The translations under genes and the position numbers were made by a program. A stretch of DNA of 64,000 bases from Phoronis australis (Eukaryota > Animalia > Phoronida). How positions within the stretch are numbered: the stretch's first letter is position 1; every line of letters starts with the position of its first letter. Location: positions 124,001 through 188,000 of the forward strand of contig NMRA01000147.1 of the NCBI GenBank assembly GCA_002633005.1, in the 5' to 3' direction. Shown here one piece after another: positions 13,401 through 28,068 of this stretch. The notes under the pieces are model-generated. The model ran no database searches. It saw nothing but the letters and a program-made list of their open reading frames with translations, and was not told the DNA's origin.

Positions 13401-16400
13401 AGGGAAAAGAAAAACTGAGAGAGAATTGTAACTTTAAGTAAAATGTTAATTCTATCAATGGAGGCTGAGCAGTAAAATCGCACCAATTTTGGACACAATT
13501 AGTTGTCTTTTTTCAGTTTTCAAAAGCCTGTAATACTGTTACAAAAGAAAACATTTTTTAAAAAAGTCATATGATAGCTATGCTATAGAGCTTAAAAGTG
13601 CCAAAGCATTTAATAGTTGGTGTTTCTAAAGTAATCTTTTTATGAAAAAATACAAATTCATCTCTCCACAATATATTGCCCAGAATTGGTGCTATTTTAG
13701 CATAAATACTTTAGACTACCTTCTATGGCGATTTCTCCATATTCCAAGCTGTACTCATGCCCTAGTGCCATACAATAACGCTGGTACTCCAGATCCATTT
13801 GGAACTGATACAAGTAGTCAGAAATTGGCGATGGACTGACAGTTGATGACAAATTCATTTTTGGCATTTTGATCTCAGGGGTCATCTCAAAGCCTAGGTT
13901 AGACAATCGAAAGTTCTTTTTGAAATACTGAACAGAAGACAGAGATGGGCGCGGAGGGCTGCCTTCCCATGCAAGGCTTGATTAAACAATGCAGTCCACA
14001 GAACGTTAACATGGATTACTTAAGCACTAAGGATAAGAGTAACTCCTGATAACCCAATTCCATTTGTACAACGAACATCACACAGATTCCCGGGCCTCAA
14101 ATCCTGTGACATTCTACACGGCCTGCATGTGATCCATTCACGTGACAAAAGTGATTACACTTTTTCAACATTCCAGTCAATCTTTTAAGTTTTCGCACCA
14201 TAAAAGAACACAACAGAAACCGTTCATGTTGTAACAACACATTTATTTTAAAATTCAGACATCACATTAAAACTCTTCCCATTCAACTTTTAATAACTTA
14301 GTTTACACAAATCAGTACAAATTTTTTCAATTTCTAAAACAAAAATTGAAGTAAAAAAATGCCCCCAAGTTATTTTGGGCGAAAGCAATTGACAAAATTG
14401 TCAGCTCTTTACTAGTCAATGGCCAACTTCCATAAAACAAATCATCAAACTATCACGTTCAGCAGACAATTTACATCTGCTTGACCTGATAAAATTCCAT
14501 TTCCTTCCAGTTCACGAGTTAAACATACAAATGTAAGGAATTGCCAAAGTCACTTTTGCTGCCAAAACATTTAAACTTTTTTGTTGGACTTAAATGCTAC
14601 ATTTTTATGCATTATCAGTTTCACTTGGTAAAGAGACTCTGCCATGACTGATAACATTCCCAGGTATCTGGGTGCAAACTACCCACAATTGACGCACGCT
14701 TACAGTACATGAGGCGAATGTTTGAGGGTCCGTTGTCCAATCACAGTAACTGTGACAACTGGGAAACAACTATGTGTTTCCCAACACACTGAAAACGCTT
14801 ATAGCTGAACTCCATCTGGTTTAGCAACACCCGTCTCAAAAAAAAACTTAACCTGATAGGATTTCATTTTCATTACCAAAAAGTACATAGCGACCAACGA
14901 CAACCCAAGAAAACGCTTCAGAGTTTATCAAGATTGGCCAACCCTAAAACCAATCACCACGAGCAATATTAATATCATCAGACCCATTTATGAGTCAGAG
15001 TAAAACGTCTAATTGTATATTCATTTGTTAGAGATCTAAACAGGGAGACATTAAGCTTTAAAATTCTCTAACCATGAGCTAAATATCTGAGCCAAATTAT
15101 AAAGTTAGGTTTAAAGGTAATAATCTCTGAGTTGATATAAACAATGTTTAATGTTACATTATATTACATGACATTTAATTTCTTTCAAATACAAACTAAA
15201 ATATTTGCTGCTAATTATCATATTTAAGTCTTTCAAAAGTTCACTGCATTGTACTGCTAAAACTGCTCAGAACTTAATGTCACTTGATCATAGATGGACG
15301 ACACAGAGCTAATAATGAAATCAAATCTTCCTATTCACTTTTGAAACATTTTATTGTGTATGTAATATACTGTACATAATAATTATAATAAACTTAATCA
15401 CCAAAAGTACTATCACATTTTTACACTGTAAACAATGTTATGCAGTTACCCTTGACGTAATGTCTGTACACGGTAAAATCTTGCCAATTTAAAAACAACA
15501 TGGCGTGGCACATCCTTGCCAACTGAATTTTTATTGTTTCATTTTTCCATATAAGATAACTAACAGCAAAACAATGCTTTGTCACATTCTAGTTTTGTAT
15601 AAAAACTACCATCAGACAACGTTTTGGAAAAGTGCGAGGGAGAATTCACAAAAATATCAGAAGACCTTAAAAATCAAAATTTGAGTTTTGGAAATTATTT
15701 TTATCTGAACTTAGTGAGCCCTACACACCATGGCAGATTACCCTACATGTTGAGCTATGTTTGGATTTTTGCTCAAGAGACCCTGGATGATATCGCTCAC
15801 ATATTATCGGATGGTTGAAGTTTTGCATAGCACTGCAAAGATAACTATAACTCACAACATAAAGCGATGGGAAAAAATCTACAGTTTGAGACAGTGAGGA
15901 ATTTATACCTTTGCTCAAGGGGAGTGCTTATACCATATTTTAGAAACGCGCAATACTGACCATCCCAAATTCAAGACAGTGCATAATATTTAGTGCATGG
16001 ATTTTAAACTCGGTTGAAACAAAACACAATGTGCTGTATTACAGAAATGTGACCAATGCCAAAATGGCTCGCATGCTAATCCTCAACTGGAGAATTTTTA
16101 TCCTATACATTAAAATGTATAACTCAATATCATTCAATCATTTCGCAAACATTTCTAAGTCTGTTCAGCATTCATTCATTCATTTATTTGAGATTGCTCA
16201 ATTGTAAAATGATGACTCTTTTCTTCTGAAACCTGTCACAGAAACTGGTTTTTTGACATTTGCAGACTCGTTCTGACAAGCTGAAGAAAAAAATTAAATC
16301 TCCATCAGAGGGCACACCCTACATACGAGACCCGCAACAACCAGAAACAGGAACTCTAACTGGCCACCTCACAACATATAATTATTCATAAGATTGTCAT

Positions 16401-18070
16401 TAAATAAAAACAAAATAACGGAATAATTAGACAGATTTTAAACAGGACATCACAACCAATCTTGAAAATATTTTTTGTAGACTCGATTCCACTTACATCA
16501 ATTCATTTGTCAGTCACCTTCATTACTTTAAAAGCCTATCTCTTCACATAGTCACCTTTATACCGATTGGCCAATTAATGGTACAAACAACCCAGATTAA
16601 AATTAGAAACAATCAGAATAGCATAAAAGTACATAACATCCAGGCTCAATATATGAGATCATAATGACATGAAAACATGTTTTCATAAACATGTGCTCTG
16701 ATAAGCAGATGACGTTTAATCGTATTCAGGTTCCAGGATTCAAAATAAGATGTGATAAATTTTCAAGGGCAAAAACAGGGCTTGCTGCAATAAACAGTTG
16801 ATTAACTGCACAACTGCAGTACAGTCCTTCAGAAAGGCTTACAAAAAGAGACACGGTAGAGTCTTGTCATCCGGATAAATATTTTTTCAGTGACTTCTAA
16901 GGTTGTTGTGGACCAATGCCAGCAATTTCAAACAAAATATTGTCAGATATGAGCAATGTAGAATGTGGGAATGATCAAATAATAATTTGGTCCACTTATC
17001 GTTCATGAAAAAATCACCAGCTTACACAGCGCAGTGTTTTTGTGCTTTGTGAAAACCAATATTAGATAAACCATTTAAAAATATTACTTTTCACCGTTTT
17101 TACATAAGGGTTAGCATTGAAATTTAAAAAACTCTTGTATTGGACATAAATTAAAATCAAGTTCATTTCCCCACGCAAAAAATATACAAGCGACTCAACA
17201 TATTATTTTCAATCTATCAATATTTTTTTTTATTGTAAAAATGTAGTGCATCTGTAATAAAATTAAGCATACTCTAAAAATTAAAAGAAAAAACATTTAG
17301 CATTTTATCGAACAACCTACTCATATGAGGAGAGGGTTGAGCAAAAGGAAATAAAACATCGAAAAATTTAAGGGCAGTCTCATCATGGCTTCAACAAATT
17401 TGTTAAAATGTCGTTCGTTAGCCATATTTATAACAAATTGCAGTAAAGCGCCTCACATAAATCAGATCTAACAGAACCAAGAAATTTGACCAGAATAAGG
17501 GATATGCTAATTGACCTCAAGGTCCAAGAGCGGAGCTTTGATAATCCGAGTTATGCAGACTCGACTTTTGCAAGTTTTACTGTGTAAATTTTAAACAAAA
17601 TTACAAAACCTTTCGACCTCATGAACAACATCTATATATGGTAACTAAAGTGCAACATTACCATGGGATGTTTGGAGTTCCACGCATTGATCCGTTCTGA
17701 TTTTGCATGTCACAACAGAATTTTAAATACGTGTAAACTAATACGTTTTCCAAAGTTATTATGTTCAGGGTGAAACTAGGTGGAGATGGTTCTGATGTAC
17801 TACATAGTTTTGTTTGATCTTGGATTGAGCATGCTCATAAGTTATAAAAAATTAACTTGAGGAACATTTTCGGTTTTACTGTCGGAAAACACAATTTTTG
17901 GACAATTGTTGAATGGGATGGACTAGTCTTAGAGCTACTAGGTTTGACCAGACCTAGAACGGAACAAAATATGCTGTTTTGTGATTTTATTACAAATCCT
18001 CAATTCTCAACATTGGCTGCCAGTCATTCGCCAAAATCAAGGCCAATGACTTTATCGGTTAGATGATATT

Positions 18071-18140
18071 TAGCGAGGGGTTTAGCACTGCAAGCACAGC
18101 ATCGCACTGAGACCACTGAGGTTGTGAATTTGAATTCGTG
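18071..18140 (+). mobile_element. Degenerate tRNA-derived SINE head
   Basis: TAGCGAGGGGTTTAG...ACTGAGGTTGTGAATTTGAATTCG resembles A/B boxes and the 63464-63530 head. Confidence 0.3.
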
Positions 18141-20343
18141 TTGGGGTTGATCTACAAAAACTTATCTCATGGACTGTCACACTTTAGGAACTAGTTTTTT
18201 GTTTGTTTCCTGTAGGCTGTCTGCACAATATTGATCCATTTCTTCCTGTTACTGTAAATTGTTTGTATGAGAAAGGAATTTTTAAAAACCTGGGAAACCT
18301 CAGTTAACCGCATGAATACTCTTCAGTGTAACACATAGAATTTTATTCCATCTATTCTCTTGACACAACGTCTATCATATAACAGACCTTTGGTCCAATT
18401 TTGCGAAATTTAACAAGGTACAGTTGTAATTTTAGCAAAATAGAGAAAAAATGCAGTATAAACTAATGTCTTACACGCGACAATATTTTTGATCATTAAT
18501 ATGCAGCTGCAAGATTGTTTCTAGGCACAACAGGTTTCAAACATAAATCACACATTCGGTCAGTACACCCATTTTGACATCCCAGATGATAAATGTTCAC
18601 CTCAAATGCCCCAGAGCTGTGATAAGCTGACCTAGATCGACTATAATCCAATCAACAGGTGAACTGTTTCTCACCTGTTTTAAGATTAGCAAAGCAGTTG
18701 ATACTTAAGGTCACTGAACGCAACAGACTTAAAAACAACAAAAATGTTGGGTATCATAAGGTTATTCATTCACGGTTTTGTTGACATATCAAGTTAATGC
18801 TTTTCTTCGGTTGCAACATGACAGAGTAAATCCTGAAAAGAGGAGTTTTGTAAACTTTTCGAGAAAAGATAACAACCTGAAAGAAAGCTTTACATAACAA
18901 TTACCTGGATTTGTATCGCACATTTGTCAACATATAGCAATAGTCTGGCCTTTTATCACAATAAAATCAGCTTTAGGAAAATGTGAAGTTATTTCTTTAT
19001 GACACTGAAGAAAGTTGAGACCAATACTTCGCCGCAACAGAAATATGCGGACATCGATTATTGTAATTGCAGGTAAAACTTCAGTAAAGGCCATAAATTT
19101 CCCATTTTTATGAACATTAATTTTTCCGTAAGGGTCTAAACATGGATTCCATTAACAATAACGGAAGGAATAAAACAGTAAGTGGCAGTTCTTGGTGTCA
19201 ACCGAGACCTCAATAGAAGCAGTCAGTTGAACCATTATGTCACTTCACATAAATCAATGCATTCTCTGACAACTCAGTCAACCCTCCACCACTTGGGTCA
19301 TCTTCATAAAAAGTGTCTTAAAACCCAAACAAACGCACGCATGCACACATGCACATACACTTGCCAATGTATTGTTACCTATCACGGACAAGCACAGCTG
19401 TAAACACTGGGCATTTATTTCAATACATGTCTCCCAAAAAGCACAAAATAACACCAGACACGGATTGAGAATGAAAGGACAACAGAAATGATACAACTAC
19501 TTTTAGAAATTCTTTGCTTTTTATCTACAATTTCCACTAAAAGCAAGTCTTTTTTCTATATCGATTCTAATTGTAAAATTAAAAACTAGTACTTCAAAAA
19601 TCATTTTAATTCATGAAACAGTTCAATTCATGAGCACAAGGGGTCGCACTTATTCCACTATGGTAGAATTTTGGATGCCGGCCAAAAACCTTGAGTGAGA
19701 TCAATACAGTGCAGTGCACTCTGTTGTCATTCTATCAAACTAAATAAAGCTAACAGTGACATCTTTTGTTGATAACCTTAAACAACTCTAGCACAACTGC
19801 CTTATGACATGAGGAGGAACTGATCTTAGAATAGCTCATCAGACATGGCTGCATCTCCTGAGCAACTAATGTACATCAACGACACATTTCATGAAATGTG
19901 GCTTTAGCTTTAAGCCAGAAATTTTGTCTAAAGTTTTTGCCCCAACTTAGCAATAGTATGCTGGTATATTCTCTGAGACTAAGTACTTTCCAGAAGTGAA
20001 GTGAAATTATTTTTTGAAAATGGGTGTGGGAAAGGTAAGGCAAATTGAGGATTTCAATTCAAAGTCACTATTCATGAAACACACTCCAGATTTCCAAAGC
20101 TGATGCAAGCCAATGAGTGTAAATATGTCCAAGATATAGCAGGTATATCAATTTAATACAAGATATTACAAATTATCCGTGCAATGTGTATCGTTGCTTG
20201 TCATGATTGACAGTAAGTAGAAGCGATAGCAATTTTCCCTTGAATATTCTATGATTCAATTTTTCCATACAGAATACGGTGTCACTGACGATTTGTTTAG
20301 TGAGGCTGTATTCTACTGCTATAGTAACGTGAGGCACGTGTAA

Positions 20344-20387
20344 CGAAACACTGATGAGGACTTGAACAGTCTTAAAGCTACATTTCG
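20344..20387 (+). ncRNA. Decayed minimal hammerhead ribozyme motif (Penelope-type)
   Basis: CGAAACA-CTGATGA-GGAC-ttgaaca-GTCT-TAAA-GC-TA-CATTTCG; G12 mutated, stem I mismatches consistent with CpG decay; AATAAA about 30 nt downstream. Confidence 0.45.
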
Positions 20388-20917
20388 CTCTATATATCTA
20401 AACGAAAACAAAAAATAAAATTCCGCACTTCACTCTCATAAGATTCGTCTCATAACAGTCCTTACCATGATAGGATTTCATGTCCATTATCAATTTGAAC
20501 TGGAAATAGAATTCTACCGCGGTAAGGAATTTTACGAGTCCGATGCTATAAGAGCAAAATGTCTACTTTGATTTTTGTTCTTAACAAGCTTTACTGGATG
20601 AAATGCAGCTTTAAGATTAACATATTAAAGGCATATCAAGAATTGCTGTTTAAGTAATAGGACTATTACAATGGGATACCTCGTTTCACACATTGTTTGA
20701 TTAAATTTTGTGACAGTCACAAAAAATCGAGTCTTGAAATACGACAAGTAAACAATTCTTTCTTTGTGTGGTTATACTGTGGTCAGAATGGAGCTCATAG
20801 GTTTTTCAGCTTAATGCATCATTTCATACATAATTATCTTGCATGGAAGATGGCCATCTTTGACCCGCCCATGTAACACGTACAAGAGTTACGAATGACA
20901 AGAGTGTTGGTACTCAC

Positions 20918-21121
20918 TGAAATACTTGAGCGTCAGTTCTATTTGTTCGTCAGTGAGATCGAGGTCTGTGTCGTACGACACTAATGGAGTCTGAATCCAG
21001 TCTTCGTTGTCGTAACCACCAAACCGCGTTAACGTGTCAGCCCTGAGACGGTATCTAGGAAACGACTCTTCTATTAAGCTGAAGATTTCAACTTCTGGCA
21101 AATTACCACTGTTACACACGT
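20918..21121 (-). CDS. TRAK1: TRAK/Milton exon: DVCNSGNLPEVEIFSLIEESFPRYRLRADTLTRFGGYDNEDWIQTPLVSYDTDLDLTDEQIELTLKYF
   Basis: CAG acceptor 21124-21122 and GTGAGT donor 20917-20912; 204 nt, phase 1/1; matches the TRAK/Milton N-terminal DVC..LPEVEI..L.EE..P.Y.LRAD..GY...DW..TP motif. Confidence 0.96.
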
Positions 21122-21451
21122 CTGAAAGAAATAAAATAGCAAAACCTTAGTGTGAAGTGGCTATAAATTCATCTATGGCACAAAAATATTTAGATTGTGA
21201 TCACTAACCATTATGAAATTTGATCTCCAAATGTTCCTTAGGCAACTTCAGGGTTTCAAAAGAATGGCTTGTTGGTTCTTAGAAGGTGCTCTACAGCTTG
21301 GCTTGTTGCGACATATCACACCAAGTACAGTGCCACAGAATAACAAACTATTATTTCTTTGCAAACACAGAAATCTCTTCTCATCTGTGTAAGGAGCAAG
21401 TCAACACCCATTTGATAGTGGTGAGAGTTCTAAAGTCCGCTTCTTAAATGG

Positions 21452-21650
21452 AATACAGGTTTACAGCCACATACCTAAGCCCTAACCCCTGAAGACAGGT
21501 TTACAGCTACAGACCAAAGCCCGGGCCCAGAATGCAGGTATATAGCCACAGACCAAAGCCTCGGCCCCAGAATGCAGGTTTATAGCCACAGACCAAAGCC
21601 TCGGCCCCAGAATGCAGGTTTATAGCCACAGGCCTAAGACCAGGCCCAGA
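21452..21650. repeat. Minisatellite, about 5 copies of a 39-40 bp unit AATGCAGGTTTATAGCCACAGACCAAAGCCTCGGCCCCAG
   Basis: Units start near 21452, 21492, 21531, 21571 and 21611; the central units are nearly identical. Confidence 0.93.
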
Positions 21651-24502
21651 ATCCCAAAGCCTAGTAGTTTCTCTGGTCTCACCAATTTCAGACAAGAAGC
21701 ATTCCTAAGCTTCACATCTTTTCATTTTTCATGGGCATTTAATATTATCAAAAATCCTAGTAAATTTTTGACATATTATCTGATAACAGCTTTAGTACAA
21801 CTTGTGCCAACAATCATCAACAAATAATCAATAATAAGAAATTTACTTGCATGCCAAGTGTCGTAAATTAGTGAGATTTTACCAAGTAATTCCCACTTCC
21901 ACTATTCAAGAAACAAAACAAATAATTCCGTCGCACAATTTGAGCCAAAACATCTGCTTCCAACGATGTCTTAAAGTAAAGATCCCATTAGAATGACATA
22001 AGATTGATGTGAAATCCTAGGTTTTCATTACTCAACAATTTTGTTTCTAAAAACATCTGACTTAGAGGTATTAATTTACAGTACTTCACTAATTTTGCGC
22101 AAAACATAATTGACAAAATTATCAGTTTTTCATTTTATTGAATCTTATTACTTCACTGCAAGTCTGCAAATGACAAAAATTTACCAAAATTTGTTTAATG
22201 TCGTCAACACCGTACAAACCATGCTATTAATAGACTAAAATTATCTTACTCTTTACTTTTGCGGAGAGAATTGACAAAATAGAATTTCTCTTGTCACCAA
22301 ACCATATTGTTTGCTAAATAATTGAAGAATTACCGAAATTTCAATCTAGAGGCATCTATACTTTACACATTCACACAGAATGACGAAACTAAATACGGTG
22401 CATATTTATACGTTCTTTAAATTTGGATCAAGTAGGTGTGCCAAATATCACATAACATACCATGCATTCCCGACGGTGTAAGCCTCAATCACCGGATCTA
22501 GTCCTAACATGATCAATTCTTTATCTGCACCCAGTCAGTTATGTAAATGACTTATCTCAAACATGTGATCAGTCACATTCAGGAGAATACCAACTGCAGA
22601 ACATATGAAGCCTTTAACTAATATTTGAATGCTCAGTGATGGCAATTTGATGATACAGGATTGTAAAGCTATGCGGGATTGTAGAAACATGTCCAAATTT
22701 GGCTAACTTCGATACACGTACCACATGTCTGAAATGGCTACATGGATTCACAATTATGTTCAAATACTGAGCGCTGTTCTTTAATACGCTTTCTTGGAAT
22801 TGCTTTTGAAATGTTCCAGTATTGCATGAGGGGCTAACAAATAATAGATCCTTTAAGACATTCACGAAAAAATTGAAAAAGTTGCACCAAAGGAACACAG
22901 AATAATTTAGAAAACTGTAACAGTATTTTTGCGATTTCATCTTGAACATTTAAGTCAAACAAAACTTGGCTTTGTTATTGCTACTATTGTTTTGCTATAC
23001 ATGTACCGTCAACATTTACATGCTTTCTACTTTCAGAAAATGTTTACTTTTATCCAGTTAAATCTACAGTTTTCTAGATATTTGCCTAAATACACACAAT
23101 TACTGAAAAGGTCCAACAGAACCTTGTTCATTATCAAACAAAATCCTAACAGTGTTACATTCATTAAGTACCTCTTTAAAACCCGTTTGTGTAACACTAC
23201 GTTCCAATCACACATAGCAGTCTAAATTGTCAGTCTCTTCAATTAGCAGTAGTCAGATCCAGCACCAGGTGTCAGTTTACGCAACAATTGTCTCATCAAA
23301 TAAGTCTGCTTAAGGTACGCATAATCACCATGTTCTTAAATGCGCAGAAAAGTTGTCACACGACCTCATTATGCCACAAGGAAATGTTCAACAAGCGACT
23401 CAGCAGATAGTGGTCGACACTAAATCTGAGTTGTTCCATAAAGTATTAGTTGAAATGCCTCATTTCAATACTGTCGAAGGGGTCTGACTTCTGTCTCGTC
23501 GTCAACATCATCCAGTGATGGACTTTTATAATCTACATATCACGCAGGCTTATCCATCGTTTGACTCAATTGTGTGTCTGCCTGTGATGCACAACATTTT
23601 TAGCAAGTCGCAATCGTAACAATGGCGGGCAAATAAAATTTTCTAAAACTCTGAAAAGCTTAGTATCTGTGAGATTCACGATACAGAATGAGATCCACTT
23701 TTAGCATCATCTTTTGATCGACTGGTGGACTCACAAACAGGGAATAGTTTTCAAGTAGCACTTTAATCTACTTGCCATTAAAATCACTACTTCCCCTTCG
23801 TTCCACTAGGATACAATTAATGGAGATGCACTAGTACTCCCAACTCTAGCCAGAAACAACCATGTTTGAAAGAGAATGAAAGAATGTTTTGCCACGTCAT
23901 TAGTGCCGATTTGCATTTACAAGTGTCGTACATTGGTTTGGTAATTTTAACAGTGAAAATTAAAGCAAAAAACAACTGTAACTTCAAGGCATGGAAACCA
24001 GACCATCTCCATCGTGTGAACACCAACAATGGCATAACCTATGCTGACAAACATTCAGGTATAACATATTGCCAGATCTTCTGGAAACCAACAAGAAAAC
24101 CCTATTAACCTATTAACCATGTTAAGGAACAAGTTGAAACTAATTTTATCGCAGAAAGTAGTTTAATTCTAAAGTTGGCGATTTCCATGAAGCAAATTAT
24201 AGAGAACATTGCCACGTGACCACCAAACATTGCTGAAGGCTTGACTCAAAAGTAGACCAATAGCAAGCTTTTGAGTAACCTCTTCAATTTCACACACTGT
24301 GATGGATCCATTTTCGAGTTGACCCTCGATTAAAAGTTAGCGGTCACGGCCCATGTGTTCTCAGCTTTTTAGACAAACTCAATAAGTTTAATCCCGTCGG
24401 ACTGTGAACCACTCCCGTCGGTAAAACCACACCGAGCAACAGTGACAGATTGGAAAATTTATTGAGTGCAAGCACTGCCTCCCTAGAATGCTCGCAACTT
24501 AC

Positions 24503-24729
24503 CAGTTAACGTGGACGCTTCACGGGAATTAGTCATCAAACCATTCTGAACGGCCGGCTCGTGCTGCGAAGGCTTGAACAATCTCTTGGTGTCCGGCAGA
24601 AGGTCGGCCGAGGCCAGCTTGCCAGATGTGTACGATATCCGACTGACGCCCGGGCCGGGCACGTCAGTACTGAAGCCACCGTCTAGTGTGTCACGGTGGT
24701 TAAGTAGCCTAAGGGCCACCTCTATCTCC
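24503..24729 (-). CDS. TRAK1: TRAK/Milton upstream exon: EIEVALRLLNHRDTLDGGFSTDVPGPG...NGLMTNSREASTLT
   Basis: Long polypyrimidine tract with CAG acceptor (24732-24730) and GTAAGT donor at 24502; 227 nt, phase 2/1, 75 open codons, GC-rich island; ends in REASTLT immediately before DVC, resembling the RDSESIT-DVC junction I recall for vertebrate TRAK2. Confidence 0.85.
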
Positions 24730-27700
24730 CTGGAAAGAAAAAAAACAAGAAATTAAAGCATTGTTTTACGTACTAACAGTAGATTTCAAAGCAGCTGTTC
24801 TCATGAAGAAAATATCAGCCGTTACATGGGCTTCCAGCAGGCACTGTTTCACGTAATGGGTCTGGCTTAGTGACCGGCACAAAGCTGATGCTTTGCAACA
24901 AGAACTGTAAAATCACCAAGTCACTTAAAGGGGTCCCAAACTTTGAGAACTGATTCCAGTGTGTTATTCAGTGAAGAAAACTGTAAGTCTGGTTTTTCAA
25001 ATGCGGGACCTCTGTGACTATTACAGAAAATCTGCACCTTTTTTAAAGACAACATTGGCTTAATATTGACTTCCTTTATCACATCTTGAGAGCACAACTT
25101 CCCTTCAATGGTATAATGACCACTGAGATTGTGTTGGAGCCATGTACCAAACCATTGTTAGGAGTTGTAATGGTATTTTGGGCTTATGTCGAGATAATGA
25201 GAAAGGACAGCACAAAAACAGAAAGCATTTTCTCAATAAGGTGAAACTACTATTTCACCGACTCGCATTGCTGCCATATTTCAACACCACGGGAGTAAAA
25301 CTTTACAAAAATGAAGATATCTGAAGAAAAAAGTGAACAGTAATGTTTTGAAAAACCAACTGATACTGAGACATGTCAAGTGGTTTTTCTACCCAAATCA
25401 ATCCTAAACACCTTCAGAAGTTTTCTCTATCTCAGTAGCAGCACTTTAAAGCATCTTTCACCAACAACAGAAAGATGATGTTGAACACAAAGTCACTGAG
25501 AAAAGCATTCTGGAGCTACACAGATGCAAACATTTTTACATTTCTTTCGAACACTAAAACGATTTCTACATCCAAATTCATTCTCACCATCCTCAGGAAT
25601 GCATTTAGTTGTCAACTCTGAACTGTTGAATCAATAAAAGCTTCCTTTCAGCCCTCATTACTTCTCAAAGTAACCACGAACCATGACTTCGATAACTATT
25701 GCATCAAAGCAACCCAGTATCTTGTAGTCACATGCTCCCTCTGTAGTGCACATTCAAAACCAACACTCTAATGTAAGGAAGCAGCTGAAGAAGTCTTGAG
25801 CCAAACTTCAAACCCCAAAATTCAAATAAGTATAATAAAGCAACATAAGGTCTTCACCGGGTATCCGCAACTGATCAGCTTCAGATTCACAAAATAAAAG
25901 ACGTGATGACTGTCACGCAATTGCGTTTATGCATCACCTAGCTGTACTGAACAAAGTTCAAAATGGCTTAAAATAATTTGTTCTGATTAGATATCATTTC
26001 TAAATGGAAAGTGGGAAACCAAGACGGAAGGAAGTAAATCTCTACGTGTAGAGAAATTTCAGCTTTTTACATGCCAAACTGAGGACACTCAGCCTAAGCA
26101 TGCCATGAGGTCAGTGGTGTTTTCATGCCAAGCAAGTAAAGAAGCAAATACCACAACAAATGTGCTTCAGGCAGAACAAAAGCGGGTTTTCAGTGGTCAA
26201 ACTGCAAAAGTTTGCCCAACATTCTAGATAGCATTCAAAACTACAAAGGTAGTGACTTATACTTTGAGAGAAATTGAAGAATTAATCTAGTTTGTGAAGT
26301 CCCGGCAGGCGATGCATAAGACAGAGGATCACCATTATCCACTAGCAAATCTCAACAATAAGAAACATAATTCCATCCACATAGGACAACACAACCCCTA
26401 CTATGTTTCACATAACAAAATGCGGACATCTACGCTAAACAAGCATCCATTGAGCCTCGTACATTAAACATACCGTAGTATCTCTTGCAACATTTCTACT
26501 GACCTCCAGAAACTACTTACCGTATTGTGGCTACCACAACCTACCATAACCTACCAAATTATTCTTTCAGAAGATTCACCAACACCTAACACAGCAAGGT
26601 TGGTTTCACCACATGAGTGCATACACACAGTCAACAGGCCAAGGATTAGAGTATTAACAAAACAACCTTCCTAAGTCTAATGTGCAACCCAACTTGACCA
26701 TTAGCAGCAAGCAAATAGCAAGACAGTGAAAATCTGGTCCAGATCTGATGGTGAACTAAGCTAATTGACTTGAGCCAGCATCCATGGCAGTAGGTAACAA
26801 CAGTGCACACAGGCTTGATTAATGCGTTTATGTAAACTGATGAGTCATAATTAAAGCAAAATAGCCTGATTGTATGTGTTCAGGCTTAATATTACTTTGA
26901 AATATTATAAATAATCAAAGCCAGGGAGAATGATTATTAAGTCGATGTCAAAATCTATAATATACAAATCACGTTGTTAGCAGTGAATTTAACCTCAGAG
27001 CCAATCAGTAATCATTTGGCGCATAAACTAGGAATGCTAATTGAGAAATTACAAAAATTCTTTGTAATATATTCTGTGACCAGAACAGGGATTAAAAAGA
27101 TGTCGCATCAATACACTTTCATCCGCCAATGAAAGTAATAGTCACTTACTGCAAACAAAGGAAGTTATTACATCCGAAAATTTCAAATTTCAGTAGATCC
27201 ATTCTTGTTGTTTTATTTACCGATTTATTTACTGCAAACAACATGTTTGGTAATCAAGCAATTAATTGTATTTAGCAAAACTTGACGACTGAAATGGCCT
27301 GAAAATAAGATTCAAAATCATGAATGCACAAGAAGTATAATTCTGTGATTTAACTTAGTTAGGTTGAGAGATAATTTATAGAAAATGGTAATTTAGTAGT
27401 ACATGATCCCAGTTTCTAATAGATAATAAATAAACTGGGACTGCAAACATACATGCATCATTTTTATTACTTTCCAAGTAAACTGCCTGCATTGGGTCTT
27501 CATTCAATCCCTCTAGGATGTCTACCGTACTTCAAATTTAATGTAAAACTAATTACTATGCTAAAAAAAGCCTTTCAAGTAATTAATAGCACGGCAGAAT
27601 TGTCAGATATAATTATTTTGAAAGAATAATTTCGTTTACATTCAACATTTAGCGAAAAAAATATATTTTGCTAAGAAATATTAAGGTACAATCTCAGACA

Positions 27701-28021
27701 AAGGTAATTGCCAAAGTAGCATTTTGTTCATTTTTAAGGGCTTCAAACATTGTTGGGAATGATCACATTTCATAAAACTATTGTCTGTATACAGTTGTGG
27801 TACAGAACTTGGTAATGCATTATTTTGACTCAAGATTTGTATCATAAAATACAAAAAAATCAAAAATCAAACTTTATCTTTAAATTATCATCTGAACAAT
27901 TTAGTGCCTAAATTTTATTGCCACGCAAAGATTGTCGGAGTGGTTAAATATGAGGTGACACTTCCCATATAGGAACTAACTTAATCAGCTGTATGTTGGC
28001 ACTTGGCAGTCCTTTGCAAAT

Positions 28022-28068
28022 ATGATCCTGATGAAGTCTAATGAATAGACAAAACCTTAATTGAACAT
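28022..28068 (+). ncRNA. Decayed minimal hammerhead ribozyme motif (Penelope-type)
   Basis: ATGATC-CTGATGA-A-GTCTA-atgaa-TAGAC-AAAA-CCTTAA-TT-GAACAT; perfect 5-bp stem II, GAAA changed to AAAA. Confidence 0.4.

Noticed and set aside
16302-16317. CTCF-like motif CCATCAGAGGGCAC, and TGACGTCA sites at 28651, 40398 and 53060
   Set aside because: Isolated short motifs without supporting context.
21452-21650. Regular 40-bp repeats that might suggest a CRISPR array
   Set aside because: Head-to-tail units with no unique spacers, in a eukaryotic intron; a minisatellite.
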